Of a DNA stretch of 64,000 bases, positions 9,536 through 18,896 are shown one piece after another. This stretch comes from Salinispira sp. (GTDB taxonomy: Bacteria; Spirochaetota; Spirochaetia; DSM-27196; Salinispiraceae). Positions within the stretch are counted from its first letter, which is position 1; every line of letters begins with the position of its first letter. The stretch lies in assembly GCA_965602015.1 (NCBI GenBank), contig OZ271918.1, positions 576,001-640,000 of the forward strand, in the 5' to 3' direction. A program made the translations under genes and the position numbers. The notes under the pieces are model-generated. The model did no database searches, was not told where the DNA came from, and worked only from the letters and a program-made list of their open reading frames with translations.

Positions 9536-10521
9536 ACGAAAATTGTATAGCGGTGAAGAACCTCAACCTGGAGGCTTCCGGGGTTACGATCCTGCGGGAA
9601 ATCAGTTTCTCCATATACCCGGGGGAGGTGCTCGCTCTGGTTGGTGAAAGCGGTGCCGGAAAAACCCTGCTCATGCGCGGCATCGCCGGAATATTGCCGG
9701 AGGGGAGTGATTTCTCCCTCTCAGGCAGCATACAGATAGCCGGAGGAAGCATCGATGTAAACGATTGCGATGATTCGCCGCTGCGTATGGCGATGATTTT
9801 TCAGGACCCGGGCAAATTCCTTAACCCGGGAATTCGCGTCGAAACACTGCTTCAGGAAATAATCCGCTATTCACCGGATGGGGGCTCCCGGCTGCGAACT
9901 TCCCCTGCCGGGGGAGACCGGCGCGGCGACGATGTCATTTCCTCATTGCTGCAGCAGGTTCAGCTCCCGGACAGCAGGCGGCTTCGCCGGAGCTTCCCCC
10001 ACGAACTATCCGGGGGTATGAAACAGCGGCTTGTAATAGCCGCCGTCCTCGCCTCGGACCCCCAGCTTATTATTGCCGATGAGGCCCTTACCGCCCTGGA
10101 TTTTCACACCGGAAGGGAAATTCTCTCTCTCTTTCGGCGGATAATCGGGGGAACCCGGCGTTCGCTGGTGTACATATCCCACGACCTCAAGTCAGTCGAA
10201 TCCCTGGCGGACCGGGTCGCGGTGATGTACGCCGGCAGAATTGTGGAGGAACGGGAAGCCGCTTCGTTTTTTTCTGCGGCTCGTCACCCCTATTCCCGTG
10301 ACCTGATGCTCAGCCATCCCTCGTTGAGGGACAGGGGAGGCCGCCTGCCGGAGATTCCCGGCGATATCCCCTCTGCGGGCCGGGATTTTCCCGGGTGCCC
10401 CTATGCGCCGCGTTGCGCGGCAGCGAATGCCGACTGTACGCAGGGTTTTCCGCCGGCAGTTACGGATACATCGGGGACCGTTTTTTGCCGGCATCCGCTG
10501 ACGCTTCCGGAGGGCCCATGA
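9532..10521 (+). CDS. Peptide ABC transporter ATP-binding protein (DppD-like)
   Basis: GESGAGKT, PHELSGGMKQR, HPYS and C-terminal GCPYAPRC...C...C. Confidence 0.9.
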   Translation: MNENCIAVKNLNLEASGVTILREISFSIYPGEVLALVGESGAGKTLLMRGIAGILPEGSDFSLSGSIQIAGGSIDVNDCDDSPLRMAMIFQDPGKFLNPGIRVETLLQEIIRYSPDGGSRLRTSPAGGDRRGDDVISSLLQQVQLPDSRRLRRSFPHELSGGMKQRLVIAAVLASDPQLIIADEALTALDFHTGREILSLFRRIIGGTRRSLVYISHDLKSVESLADRVAVMYAGRIVEEREAASFFSAARHPYSRDLMLSHPSLRDRGGRLPEIPGDIPSAGRDFPGCPYAPRCAAANADCTQGFPPAVTDTSGTVFCRHPLTLPEGP

Positions 10522-11357
10522 ATCCCACGCTGCTTGAAATCCGGGAGATAAGCCTCGCATACGAAAGCGGTGGATTCGGCGGCCTGGGGACCGAAGTACA
10601 CCAGGTCTTAGACCGAATTTCACTGACGGTACAGCGGGGGGAAGTCCTGTCGCTCTTGGGTGAGTCGGGCTCTGGGAAAACTACACTGGCCCGAATAATT
10701 AGCGGTTTGGTGAAGCCCGGCGAAGGCGATGTGCTGTTCGAGGGCAAGCTGCTGGCGAGCGCAGACGTAAAGCCCGAGATCGCTCCCGGCAGGCGCCGGT
10801 CTCTTGTTCAGCTCATACCCCAGGCGACGGAAAACAGCCTGGCACCGAATTTCACTCTGGAGCGTCTGCTCTCTGATGTACTCCGCCGGATTTCGTCTGA
10901 TGATGTACAGAGCAGAATCGGCCAGCTAATAGACATGTGCGGGCTTGACGCGAGTCTGCTGGACCGCAGGCCTGGCCAATTATCCGGCGGTCAGCGGCAG
11001 AGGGTTCTCATCGCCCGGGCTATGGCGATGAATCCCCGTCTGCTAATACTCGATGAGCCGGTGGCAAGCCTGGATGTCTCAATTCAGGCCCGCATATTAA
11101 ACACTCTCCGGGACCTTCGAAGCGCCCGGGACTTGACGATGATATTCATTACCCACGATCTTGACATTGCAGAATATATAGGCGACCGTATGGCGATAAT
11201 CAGGCAGGGCACCATTCTCGAAAGCGGAACGGTTTCCCGGCTAACATCCCAGCCCCGGCATCAATACACAAAAGACCTGCTCAAGGCGGGCCTTGCAAAA
11301 AGCCTCTGGCTTCAATCAGCGGCGGATACCCGATGGCCGGGACTGTCAGGAGATTAA
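10518..11357 (+). CDS. Peptide ABC transporter ATP-binding protein (DppF-like)
   Basis: GESGSGKTT, LSGGQRQR, LDEPVASLDVSIQA. ATGA overlap with the upstream gene. Confidence 0.9.
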   Translation: MNPTLLEIREISLAYESGGFGGLGTEVHQVLDRISLTVQRGEVLSLLGESGSGKTTLARIISGLVKPGEGDVLFEGKLLASADVKPEIAPGRRRSLVQLIPQATENSLAPNFTLERLLSDVLRRISSDDVQSRIGQLIDMCGLDASLLDRRPGQLSGGQRQRVLIARAMAMNPRLLILDEPVASLDVSIQARILNTLRDLRSARDLTMIFITHDLDIAEYIGDRMAIIRQGTILESGTVSRLTSQPRHQYTKDLLKAGLAKSLWLQSAADTRWPGLSGD

Positions 11358-11360
11358 ACT

Positions 11361-12899
11361 ATGAAAACGTATACAATACCGAGAACTGCATGGCTGCGAG
11401 GCGCGGCCTTCGCTGTTGTGGCTGTTCTGATAATCATGGTCGGCGCCTGCTCTTCCGCCTCGGAAGAGCAGGGATTCACGGTGCGCCTTGCCTTGTCCGG
11501 CAATCCGTCCACCCTCGACCCCCATGCCACTACCGAAACCCTGAGCTTTCAGGTCACCAAAAGCCTGTACGACACCCTCCTCGAACCCGATGAAGACGGA
11601 ATCCTGAGGCCCGCCCTTGCTGAAAGCTGGACAATCGGCGATGACAACCGCTCGATCACTTTTTTTCTCCGCAGGGATGTGCAGTTTCATGACGGCACCA
11701 GCATGACCTCCCGGGATGTTGAGTCCAGTTTTGCCCGCATTCTTTCCGAGGATTATGCCTCCCCCAACGCCGGCGAGTTCAGCGTCGTTTCCGACATAGA
11801 GTTGCTTGACGATTTCACCGTGAGATTCCTTCTAAGTGAACCAAGCGCTCCGCTGTTGTACAGTCTGGCAAGCGGATGGGCTGCAATCCTCCCGGCGGCA
11901 GCCATTGAGAGCGGACATGATTTCGCAACTGAGCCCCTTGGTACCGGACCCTACCGGATGCTCGAATGGCGGGCCGATGAGTTTATCGACCTGGAGCGAT
12001 ATGAAGCCTATTGGGGCAGCGCGGGTCCCGATGCCGTGAGCTTCAGAATCATTCCCGAGCCGTCTGTTCAGGTACAGGCCCTGCTGTCGGACCAGGTGGA
12101 TATACTCTACATTGTCAACGAAGAGGATGTGCCTATTCTCCAGGCTCGGGGTGATGTTACCCTCGAGACCCTGGACAGCGCGCTGGTTCTCGTAATGGCT
12201 ATCAATACCAGCAGGGATGTTTTGGGCGACCTGAGAATGAGACAGGCCCTGTCCCACGCTATCGACAAGCAAACCGCCCTCGAGGTGGCCTACGGCGGGG
12301 GCACGGTGATCGGCACCTTCAACGATGTTACCAGCGGCTTTTATGAGGATTTTAGCGACCTTTACGACTACGATCCGGCTGAAGCCCGCCGACTTGCCGC
12401 GGAGGCAGGGTACGGCGATGACCGGGTTTTCGATCTGGTGTTGCCTCAAAACTTCGCGCCCCATGTCACCGCCGGTGAGCTGTACCAGGAAATGCTGCGG
12501 GAATCGGGTATTTCGAGCCAAATCCGGCTCGTCGACTGGTCAACCTGGATTTCCGACGTGTACGGCAACGCGAATTACGATCTAACGGTAATCGGTCACA
12601 CAGGCAAGCTGGATCCCGACGGACGCTTCATCGGATACGGCTCCGGCAACATGTATGTGCGTTGGGAAAACTCCGAACTCGATGAACTGATTAACCGAGG
12701 CCGTCGAACCATCTCCATACCCGAGCGCCGGGATATCTACCGGGATGTTCAGAGAATTTTTGCGGAAAACGTCCCCTTCGTTTTTGTGGGTTCACCCCAG
12801 CGCCGCATCGCGTTCCGCAGCTCAATTGACGGATTTGTGATGACCCCAAACCTGGACACCTTCGATTTCCGCATGGTGACCAGAGATGAAGTCCAGTAA
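11361..12899 (+). CDS. ABC transporter substrate-binding lipoprotein (family 5)
   Basis: Lipobox VGAC, TLDPH, LYDTL, PALAESW, FHDG, GTGPY. Confidence 0.92.
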   Translation: MKTYTIPRTAWLRGAAFAVVAVLIIMVGACSSASEEQGFTVRLALSGNPSTLDPHATTETLSFQVTKSLYDTLLEPDEDGILRPALAESWTIGDDNRSITFFLRRDVQFHDGTSMTSRDVESSFARILSEDYASPNAGEFSVVSDIELLDDFTVRFLLSEPSAPLLYSLASGWAAILPAAAIESGHDFATEPLGTGPYRMLEWRADEFIDLERYEAYWGSAGPDAVSFRIIPEPSVQVQALLSDQVDILYIVNEEDVPILQARGDVTLETLDSALVLVMAINTSRDVLGDLRMRQALSHAIDKQTALEVAYGGGTVIGTFNDVTSGFYEDFSDLYDYDPAEARRLAAEAGYGDDRVFDLVLPQNFAPHVTAGELYQEMLRESGISSQIRLVDWSTWISDVYGNANYDLTVIGHTGKLDPDGRFIGYGSGNMYVRWENSELDELINRGRRTISIPERRDIYRDVQRIFAENVPFVFVGSPQRRIAFRSSIDGFVMTPNLDTFDFRMVTRDEVQ

Positions 12900-13695
12900 A
12901 AAACGGACCGCCGCCCTGTTCTCCGCCGGATTTCTCATGATTCTTGCGGCGGCAGCGGCATTCCCGTCTCTTCTCTCGCCCTACGATCCGTCAGATCAGG
13001 ATCTCCAGAACCGATTCGCCCAGCCCCTCAGCGAGGGGCATCTCCTGGGAACTGACAGTCTGGGGAGGGATGTGCTCTCACGGCTGATATTCGGAGGGCG
13101 CTCCGCCCTGGTGGTCGGCGGGGTCAGTTGCGCGGTGGCCCTGATTCTCGGCGCAATGGTTGCGATTCCAGCCGCCTACGGCCCGCGCTGGCTGGAAAAC
13201 GGCCTCATGCTGCTTATGGACGGGGTCTTGGCCATGCCGGCCATACTCCTGGCGGTCGCCATTGTAGCGGTGTTCGGTTACGGTCTTGTGCAGGTGATGC
13301 TTGCCATGGGGATCATCTTTTCGCCATTGATTGCCAGGCTGCTCAAGGCAGAGCTACAGAAAGCCAGGCGACAGGATTTCGTGGATGCGGAAATACAGCT
13401 GGGCCGGCCGCGGCTTTCGGTTTTTTGGTATATAATCCTGCCCCAGGTCATCGGGCCGCTGATGGTTCAGCTCACCAGCCTTTTCGCCGCGTCAATTACC
13501 ATTGAGGCCAGCCTGAGTTTTTTGGGTATAGGAATCCAGCCGCCCCGCTCGAGTTGGGGAATTATGCTGAACAACGCCCGGGATTTCCTGATTTCAGCGC
13601 CCTGGCTGGCCTTCCCGCCGGGCATTGCCCTCGCTCTCACGGTGTATTCCCTGAACATGCTAGGGGACCGGCTCAGCGAGGAACTTCAGCGCTAA
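12886..13695 (+). CDS. Peptide ABC transporter permease (DppC-like)
   Basis: HLLGTDSLGRDVLSRLIFG, EASLSFLGIG, SWGIML. Confidence 0.92.
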   Translation: MKSSKKRTAALFSAGFLMILAAAAAFPSLLSPYDPSDQDLQNRFAQPLSEGHLLGTDSLGRDVLSRLIFGGRSALVVGGVSCAVALILGAMVAIPAAYGPRWLENGLMLLMDGVLAMPAILLAVAIVAVFGYGLVQVMLAMGIIFSPLIARLLKAELQKARRQDFVDAEIQLGRPRLSVFWYIILPQVIGPLMVQLTSLFAASITIEASLSFLGIGIQPPRSSWGIMLNNARDFLISAPWLAFPPGIALALTVYSLNMLGDRLSEELQR

Positions 13696-14788
13696 AACGC
13701 TCATGCCATGTCAGCCAATGAGCGGGATATTCGCCCGATGCAACGATTTCCAGTATTTCACGCAGGGGCAGAGCGTCGCAATGAGTGAGGGCGCATGGAA
13801 GATCGGCATCCTCCCCCGGCACATTATTCCTCAACCCGTGATCTCCCAACTCGCTGGGAAGGCCCGGGTAATTCTCCGGAGGATCGCCTCCCTTGAGGAT
13901 TTCCGTAAGGGGCATGCAGACTGCCACCGCCTGCTTAAGGGCCAGATCATATAAATCGTACAGCGAATCGGAGTAGTTAAGACCCTCATCGCAGGGATCG
14001 CACCACTGTTTTCCACCTATGTTAGTAAAATCCACGTCGGGGGGCAGCATCGGCGGGTGCAGCAGGGCAGCCCAGCGTATGGGAATTTGGGGGGAACGGG
14101 GCTGTTCGCAGTAATGGTAGAATCCACGGCTGTCCAGATAGGCGTTTTCAATCCGGCTCTTTAGTTTTCCGTCACCGGCCATTCTCTGGTAACTGCGGCT
14201 CAATGAGAAAATCAGCATATCACGGATGCCCTCGGGAATGACCTCGCCGGCATCAAAGGAATCCCCAAAGGAAAGAAAGTGTAGCGGCTGGGGAGGATAG
14301 TCCTCTGCGGGCGTGCTATCTGCCCCGCGGCTACTTCGGTCAAGACCGCTTCCCCGATATGACCACAGTGCGAGATCTAGTATTCTCTCCAAAAAGGGGT
14401 GGGCGTAACGATATTTTTCGCTTTCCTCGTTCTTTGCATCCACCCATCCGCTGCGGTAGTTGATAAACGGATGGAGGATGCGGTCGAGGATTCCGTGGCT
14501 GATAAAGGCTATAAGGTAGTGGGCCTCAGGGCTCGAAACTCCGCGGTTTTCCGTGAGGCAGAACTCGAGCATTCTGGCGGCCACCGATGCGTAACCCTTG
14601 CGATGGAGCACCGACCCTATGAGCAAGCCCGAAGGCATGCGCCGTTGATTGTGGTAGAAGATGTCCGGCCCTTGGGCTCCCAGGTGCAAGGCGGCATCAG
14701 CGTCGCTCCCGAAATCCCGGCCGAAGGATATTTCCAGCTCAGAAAAAAGGTCGCGGACAAATATGCTGTGACTGATCTGCGATGGCAT
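13673..14788 (-). CDS. Zinc-dependent phospholipase C family protein
   Basis: N-terminal MP...SH, LGAQGPDIFY, LH, SHGILD..HPFI, HPFLE..LD. Confidence 0.75.
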   Translation of the reverse strand: MPSQISHSIFVRDLFSELEISFGRDFGSDADAALHLGAQGPDIFYHNQRRMPSGLLIGSVLHRKGYASVAARMLEFCLTENRGVSSPEAHYLIAFISHGILDRILHPFINYRSGWVDAKNEESEKYRYAHPFLERILDLALWSYRGSGLDRSSRGADSTPAEDYPPQPLHFLSFGDSFDAGEVIPEGIRDMLIFSLSRSYQRMAGDGKLKSRIENAYLDSRGFYHYCEQPRSPQIPIRWAALLHPPMLPPDVDFTNIGGKQWCDPCDEGLNYSDSLYDLYDLALKQAVAVCMPLTEILKGGDPPENYPGLPSELGDHGLRNNVPGEDADLPCALTHCDALPLREILEIVASGEYPAHWLTWHERFSAEVPR

Positions 14789-14902
14789 TGTTCAAATGTA
14801 CCAACTCGCTGTACAAGATGGTAGTCCAATGCTACAATCCGGGTTCAAAATACACCCGACTTAAACTATACTCTAATCAAAGACCATCTGCGGAGGAACA
14901 TT

Positions 14903-16114
14903 TTGGACGCTCAGGCAATTCTGGTAATCAATTGTGGGAGTTCATCCCTGAAATATGAAGTCTACGACATGCCGGGCGGCGAAAGCCTTGGAAAGGGCAC
15001 GGTAGAACGAATCGGCATGGGAACCGGCATGATCACCCAGAAGAATCCGCAGGATGTGAAGTTCTATCTCGAACAGGAAATTCCCGACCATTCGGCAGCC
15101 ATGAGCCTGGTGCAAAAAGCATTGACCGACCCCGAGAAGGGGCTCATTGCCAACGCCGGCCAAATCCGCGGAGTCGGGCACCGGGTAGTTCACGGCGGTG
15201 AGTCCTACGCCGAGTCAGTGGTAATCGATCAAAAAGTTCTTACCGCCATTGAGGAAAATATCGAACTGGCGCCGCTTCACAACCCGGCGAACCTCATCGG
15301 CATTCAGGAAGCGATGAAGCTTTTTCCGTCGGTGAGTCAGGTCGCCGTCTTCGATACGGCCTTCCACCAGACCATCCAGCCATCGGCATATATGTACGGG
15401 CTGCCCCGGGAGTTATACGATAAATACAAGATCCGCCGATACGGCTTTCACGGAACGAGTCATCGCTACGTTAACCGGGTGGCGGTGGAGCAGGTCAAGC
15501 GGGCGGTGGAAAATACCAATGTGATCAGCTGCCATCTGGGCAACGGCGCGTCCATTACGGCTATCAGTCAGGGACGTTCGGTGGATACTTCCATGGGCTT
15601 CACTCCGCTGGAAGGCCTGGTGATGGGGACCCGCTCAGGAGATATTGATCCTGCGATAATATTTTATCTCCTCGACCGGGGCTATACTCCGGAGGAGGTC
15701 AACACGCTTCTCAATAAAAAGAGCGGTGTCTACGGTCTTTCGGGTATTTCCAATGATTTCCGCGATATTCAGGATGCGGTGGCCAAGGGCGACAAGAATG
15801 CCGAGGAGACCCTCGAAGTGTTCGCCCATCGGGTCCGCCGATACATCGGCGCATACATGGCTGAGTTGGTCAAAGTCGACCTTCTTGTCTTTACCGGCGG
15901 CGTCGGACAGTACGATATAGACGTCCGCGAGCGGATTTGCCGGCGCCTTGAGAACCTGGGCATCATCATCGATATCGAGAAGAACCGCAAAAACGGACCG
16001 AGACTCGGCATCATTTCCGCAGATTACTCGCCGGTAACGATTCTGGTTGTGCCCACAAACGAGGAACTGCAGATCGCCACCGACGCGTATGATCTTATTT
16101 TTTCCCGGAACTAA
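14903..16114 (+). CDS. ackA: Acetate kinase
   Basis: ILVINCGSSSLK, GHRVVHGG, APLHNP, FDTAFH, YGFHGTSH, CHLGNGAS, PTNEE. TTG start after GGAGGA. Confidence 0.97.
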   Translation: MDAQAILVINCGSSSLKYEVYDMPGGESLGKGTVERIGMGTGMITQKNPQDVKFYLEQEIPDHSAAMSLVQKALTDPEKGLIANAGQIRGVGHRVVHGGESYAESVVIDQKVLTAIEENIELAPLHNPANLIGIQEAMKLFPSVSQVAVFDTAFHQTIQPSAYMYGLPRELYDKYKIRRYGFHGTSHRYVNRVAVEQVKRAVENTNVISCHLGNGASITAISQGRSVDTSMGFTPLEGLVMGTRSGDIDPAIIFYLLDRGYTPEEVNTLLNKKSGVYGLSGISNDFRDIQDAVAKGDKNAEETLEVFAHRVRRYIGAYMAELVKVDLLVFTGGVGQYDIDVRERICRRLENLGIIIDIEKNRKNGPRLGIISADYSPVTILVVPTNEELQIATDAYDLIFSRN

Positions 16115-16134
16115 AGCAATCGGGTCCCGCTAAC

Positions 16135-17718
16135 ATGGACCAGCTATACTCCTACGACGATCTTGTGGTCGGTCGGCGATGTCTGCGCCAGCTTCGCCGA
16201 CGGCTCGAACAGCGCAGCAGCGCAGATGAGCTGCTGCTCTCGCAACTGCCCGAAGCCCCCAAGGGCTCTTCCTCAACCCATCAGTTTCTTGAGCGCAGCC
16301 GAATTGAAAAAGCCTATATCGACTCATTTCTGGAGCAGGAGCCCGGATCGGTTGTTATTCACGCCGGACTGGCCGACAGTCTGATTCAACATCGTGATGA
16401 TCACATTGTAACCCTTTACCGGCAGAGCCAAGCGGCTCTCGATGACCTTAGCACCGGGGCCATACCGGCTTTGGTCAACGGACTGTTTGTCGTCGGTCAG
16501 CGGATAATCCTGGTCGACCGGCTACGGCGCAATGAGTCCGGGGGCTATCGCCTGGAGCTTGCAAAAACCGCATCGAAGCTAAAAGACGGATATGTGCGCG
16601 AAGCCGGCTGGGTTAGCCAAGGGTTGGCGGCTTGTGGTCTCCGGATTGATGAAATTTATATCCTTCTGCTCGACCGCGGATATCGCCGGGGAAGCGCCGC
16701 ATTTTATACCGAGCTTCGACAAAAAAAACGACACAAGTTCCTTCGTCAGGATGCGGCAGACGAGCTCGAGCAGATGATCAGGAAGATTCAAAACGGACAG
16801 GATGGTTCATGCCGCGATGAGAGCTGCCCCGAGTGCGGTGCCGATCGGCCGAGCGCCAATGATTGGGGCAGCATCCACAACCTTCACAAATCAGGAGGCT
16901 TAAGCCGGCAGCTCAGCGAACAGGGCATCCTGTGGGTGGACGAACTCGATCAGGTAAAATCTCCGCTAAAAGAGAAGCTCAAGCCCCATCACTGGATTCA
17001 GCACCGGGTCGAGAAAACCGGAGACGAGCATATAGACAAGCCCGCTCTTCGTGATTTTCTCGACAGTCTTTCATGGCCGCTGTACTTCCTCGATTTCGAG
17101 TGCTTTTTGGAGGCCTTGCCGAGCTGGGATGACGTCGGTGTCTGGGAGCATGTTCCGTTTTTGTATTCCCTGTATCGGATGGATGGCGACTTAACCCTGC
17201 ACCGCCACGAACACCATCTCATCCTGCCCGGAAAGGATCGCCGGGATGACCTGGCGAAGCAACTGGTCGCTGATCTGGGCACCAGCGGCTCTATTTTGGT
17301 ATATGGAATCCATTTCGAGCGCAGCATTATCAAGCGGCTCGGAGAGTGCTGTGCGGTGCAGCGAGAGGCCCTTGCGGCAGTTACCGAACGATTGGTGGAT
17401 CTGCAAACTCCTTTTGCAAATTTCTCGTATTATCACCCCCACCAGTCCGGCAAAATCAGCTTAAAAGTCCTGCTTCCCATCCTCAGCGAGCAGGGCTATT
17501 CCGATGACCAGGTCTCAAGCGGCAGCCAGGCCTTTGTGGGCTACTACTATCTTATGCATCCCGAATTACCGGTGCCAGAACAATGGGATCCATACGCACG
17601 GCACGTACGCGAGGATCCCGAGACCTTCTACCGGCAGGTGGTGGAATACTGCGACACCGACGCATACGGACTGGCCTACTTGGTGAAGGCTCTGATGAAA
17701 AAAGCCGGCATTTCCTAA
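16135..17718 (+). CDS. DUF2779-domain putative nuclease (RecB/Cas4-like N-half + RNase H-like DEDDy C-half)
   Basis: N-terminal Cys (GRRCLR) plus CRDESCPEC. C-half YFLDFE...PFLYS, VYGIHFE, SLKVLLP, YCDTD. Confidence 0.72.
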   Translation: MDQLYSYDDLVVGRRCLRQLRRRLEQRSSADELLLSQLPEAPKGSSSTHQFLERSRIEKAYIDSFLEQEPGSVVIHAGLADSLIQHRDDHIVTLYRQSQAALDDLSTGAIPALVNGLFVVGQRIILVDRLRRNESGGYRLELAKTASKLKDGYVREAGWVSQGLAACGLRIDEIYILLLDRGYRRGSAAFYTELRQKKRHKFLRQDAADELEQMIRKIQNGQDGSCRDESCPECGADRPSANDWGSIHNLHKSGGLSRQLSEQGILWVDELDQVKSPLKEKLKPHHWIQHRVEKTGDEHIDKPALRDFLDSLSWPLYFLDFECFLEALPSWDDVGVWEHVPFLYSLYRMDGDLTLHRHEHHLILPGKDRRDDLAKQLVADLGTSGSILVYGIHFERSIIKRLGECCAVQREALAAVTERLVDLQTPFANFSYYHPHQSGKISLKVLLPILSEQGYSDDQVSSGSQAFVGYYYLMHPELPVPEQWDPYARHVREDPETFYRQVVEYCDTDAYGLAYLVKALMKKAGIS

Positions 17719-17720
17719 GC

Positions 17721-17978
17721 CATCGGTCGAAGCGGCGCGCTGGCCGGGCAGCCGGCAGCGAACACCGCCGAACCGGCGCACAGGCCGGGGGCGGGCAGCG
17801 AACACAGCCGAACCGGCGCGCGGGCAGCGGGCAGAGAACATCAGCCGAACTGGCGCGCGGGCCGGCGGCGGGCAGCGAACATCAGCAGAATCGGCGCGCG
17901 GGCATCTGGCAGCGAACACCAGCCGAACCGGCGCGCGGGCAGCGGGCAGAGAACATCAGCCGAACCGGCGCGCTGGCC
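17721..17978 (+). repeat. GC-rich tandem repeat array: 6 full units (33-nt core; start-to-start spacing 36-41 bp) plus a 5' partial unit
   Basis: Core GGCAG(C/A)GAACA(T/C)CAGCCGAACCGGCGCGCGGGC starts at 17754, 17794, 17830, 17871, 17908 and 17945, with 4-8 nt linkers. Confidence 0.95.
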
Positions 17979-17984
17979 CTGGAA

Positions 17985-18863
17985 CTATCTGAACTCCAGG
18001 TCGACGCTTATGGGGAAGTGATCGCTTGGGTACCGGCCGTTGTAGCGGTTGCGCCAGACCCTTACCGGAGCATCGGCGGAAAAGCCGCTGTTTATCAGAA
18101 TATGATCAATCGCGGGCAATATAGCCAAACCGGCGATGCGGTTCGTGCTTCCCGAAGGCGTAACGAGGGAGAGGCCTATTTCTGCAAAGCTTCGCAGCTC
18201 GGCGAAGCTGGCGGGGGCATTGAAGTCGCCTAGGAGCACCAAGGGCAGGGAATCTTCATTAATGGATTCGATGCGTTTCATCACTAGTTCCGTCGATCTG
18301 ATCCGGTTTCTCCGGCTTGCGAAATCATTGTGCATATTAAAAACGTAAAATTCCCTCTCTGTGTTGAGTTCGCGTAACTTAACCCAGCTGCAAAAATACG
18401 GATATCGGCCATTCCACTGCCGGCTGTAAATCTCATCCGGGGTTTCGGAGAAAAAGAAAAAACCCTGTTCCACCAACTCCAGCCGACGGGAGTCAAAGAG
18501 GATCGGCTGGGTCACCGGAAAGATTTTCGGATCGCCGACGGCTCCGGGGCTGAAAAAGGTGAAGTTTTTGAGCACCCACTCCAATTGTAAATTCTGATCG
18601 CTATAGCTTCCGCCGCCGAAGGTTTCCATCTCCTGGAATGCGATGATGTCGGCTTGCATATCCGCCAAAACCCCCGCGACTGCCTCCCTCCGGTCCAGCC
18701 AATCGTCATTGGGACGCGATGGAACGATATAGCGTATATTGAAAGACACAACGGTAAAGGTCATCTTAGTATGTTCCGGCTCATCTGCCATGCTGACACC
18801 CGTAGCGAGAAAAACGATGGCGGCGAAGATAAATGTGTGGCGGTATCTCACGGTCATTTCCAT
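17985..18863 (-). CDS. Secreted endonuclease/exonuclease/phosphatase (EEP) family protein
   Basis: Signal peptide, SFNIRY, DIIAFQE, NMH, LLGDFN, IDHI, PSDHFPI. Confidence 0.9.
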   Translation of the reverse strand: MEMTVRYRHTFIFAAIVFLATGVSMADEPEHTKMTFTVVSFNIRYIVPSRPNDDWLDRREAVAGVLADMQADIIAFQEMETFGGGSYSDQNLQLEWVLKNFTFFSPGAVGDPKIFPVTQPILFDSRRLELVEQGFFFFSETPDEIYSRQWNGRYPYFCSWVKLRELNTEREFYVFNMHNDFASRRNRIRSTELVMKRIESINEDSLPLVLLGDFNAPASFAELRSFAEIGLSLVTPSGSTNRIAGLAILPAIDHILINSGFSADAPVRVWRNRYNGRYPSDHFPISVDLEFR

Positions 18864-18896
18864 TTGATTCCCATCACTGCGCAATCCGCAGCCCAA

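Noticed and set aside
17721..17978. CRISPR or TIGR-type guide array
   Set aside because: Linkers are only 4-8 nt and recur, the repeats themselves vary, there are no unique spacers, and no cas1/cas2 or Nop-domain gene is present.
17566..18233. ORFs crossing the repeat array (17583-18233 + and 17566-17919 -)
   Set aside because: They stay open only because the GC-rich repeat lacks stops, and they overlap real genes.
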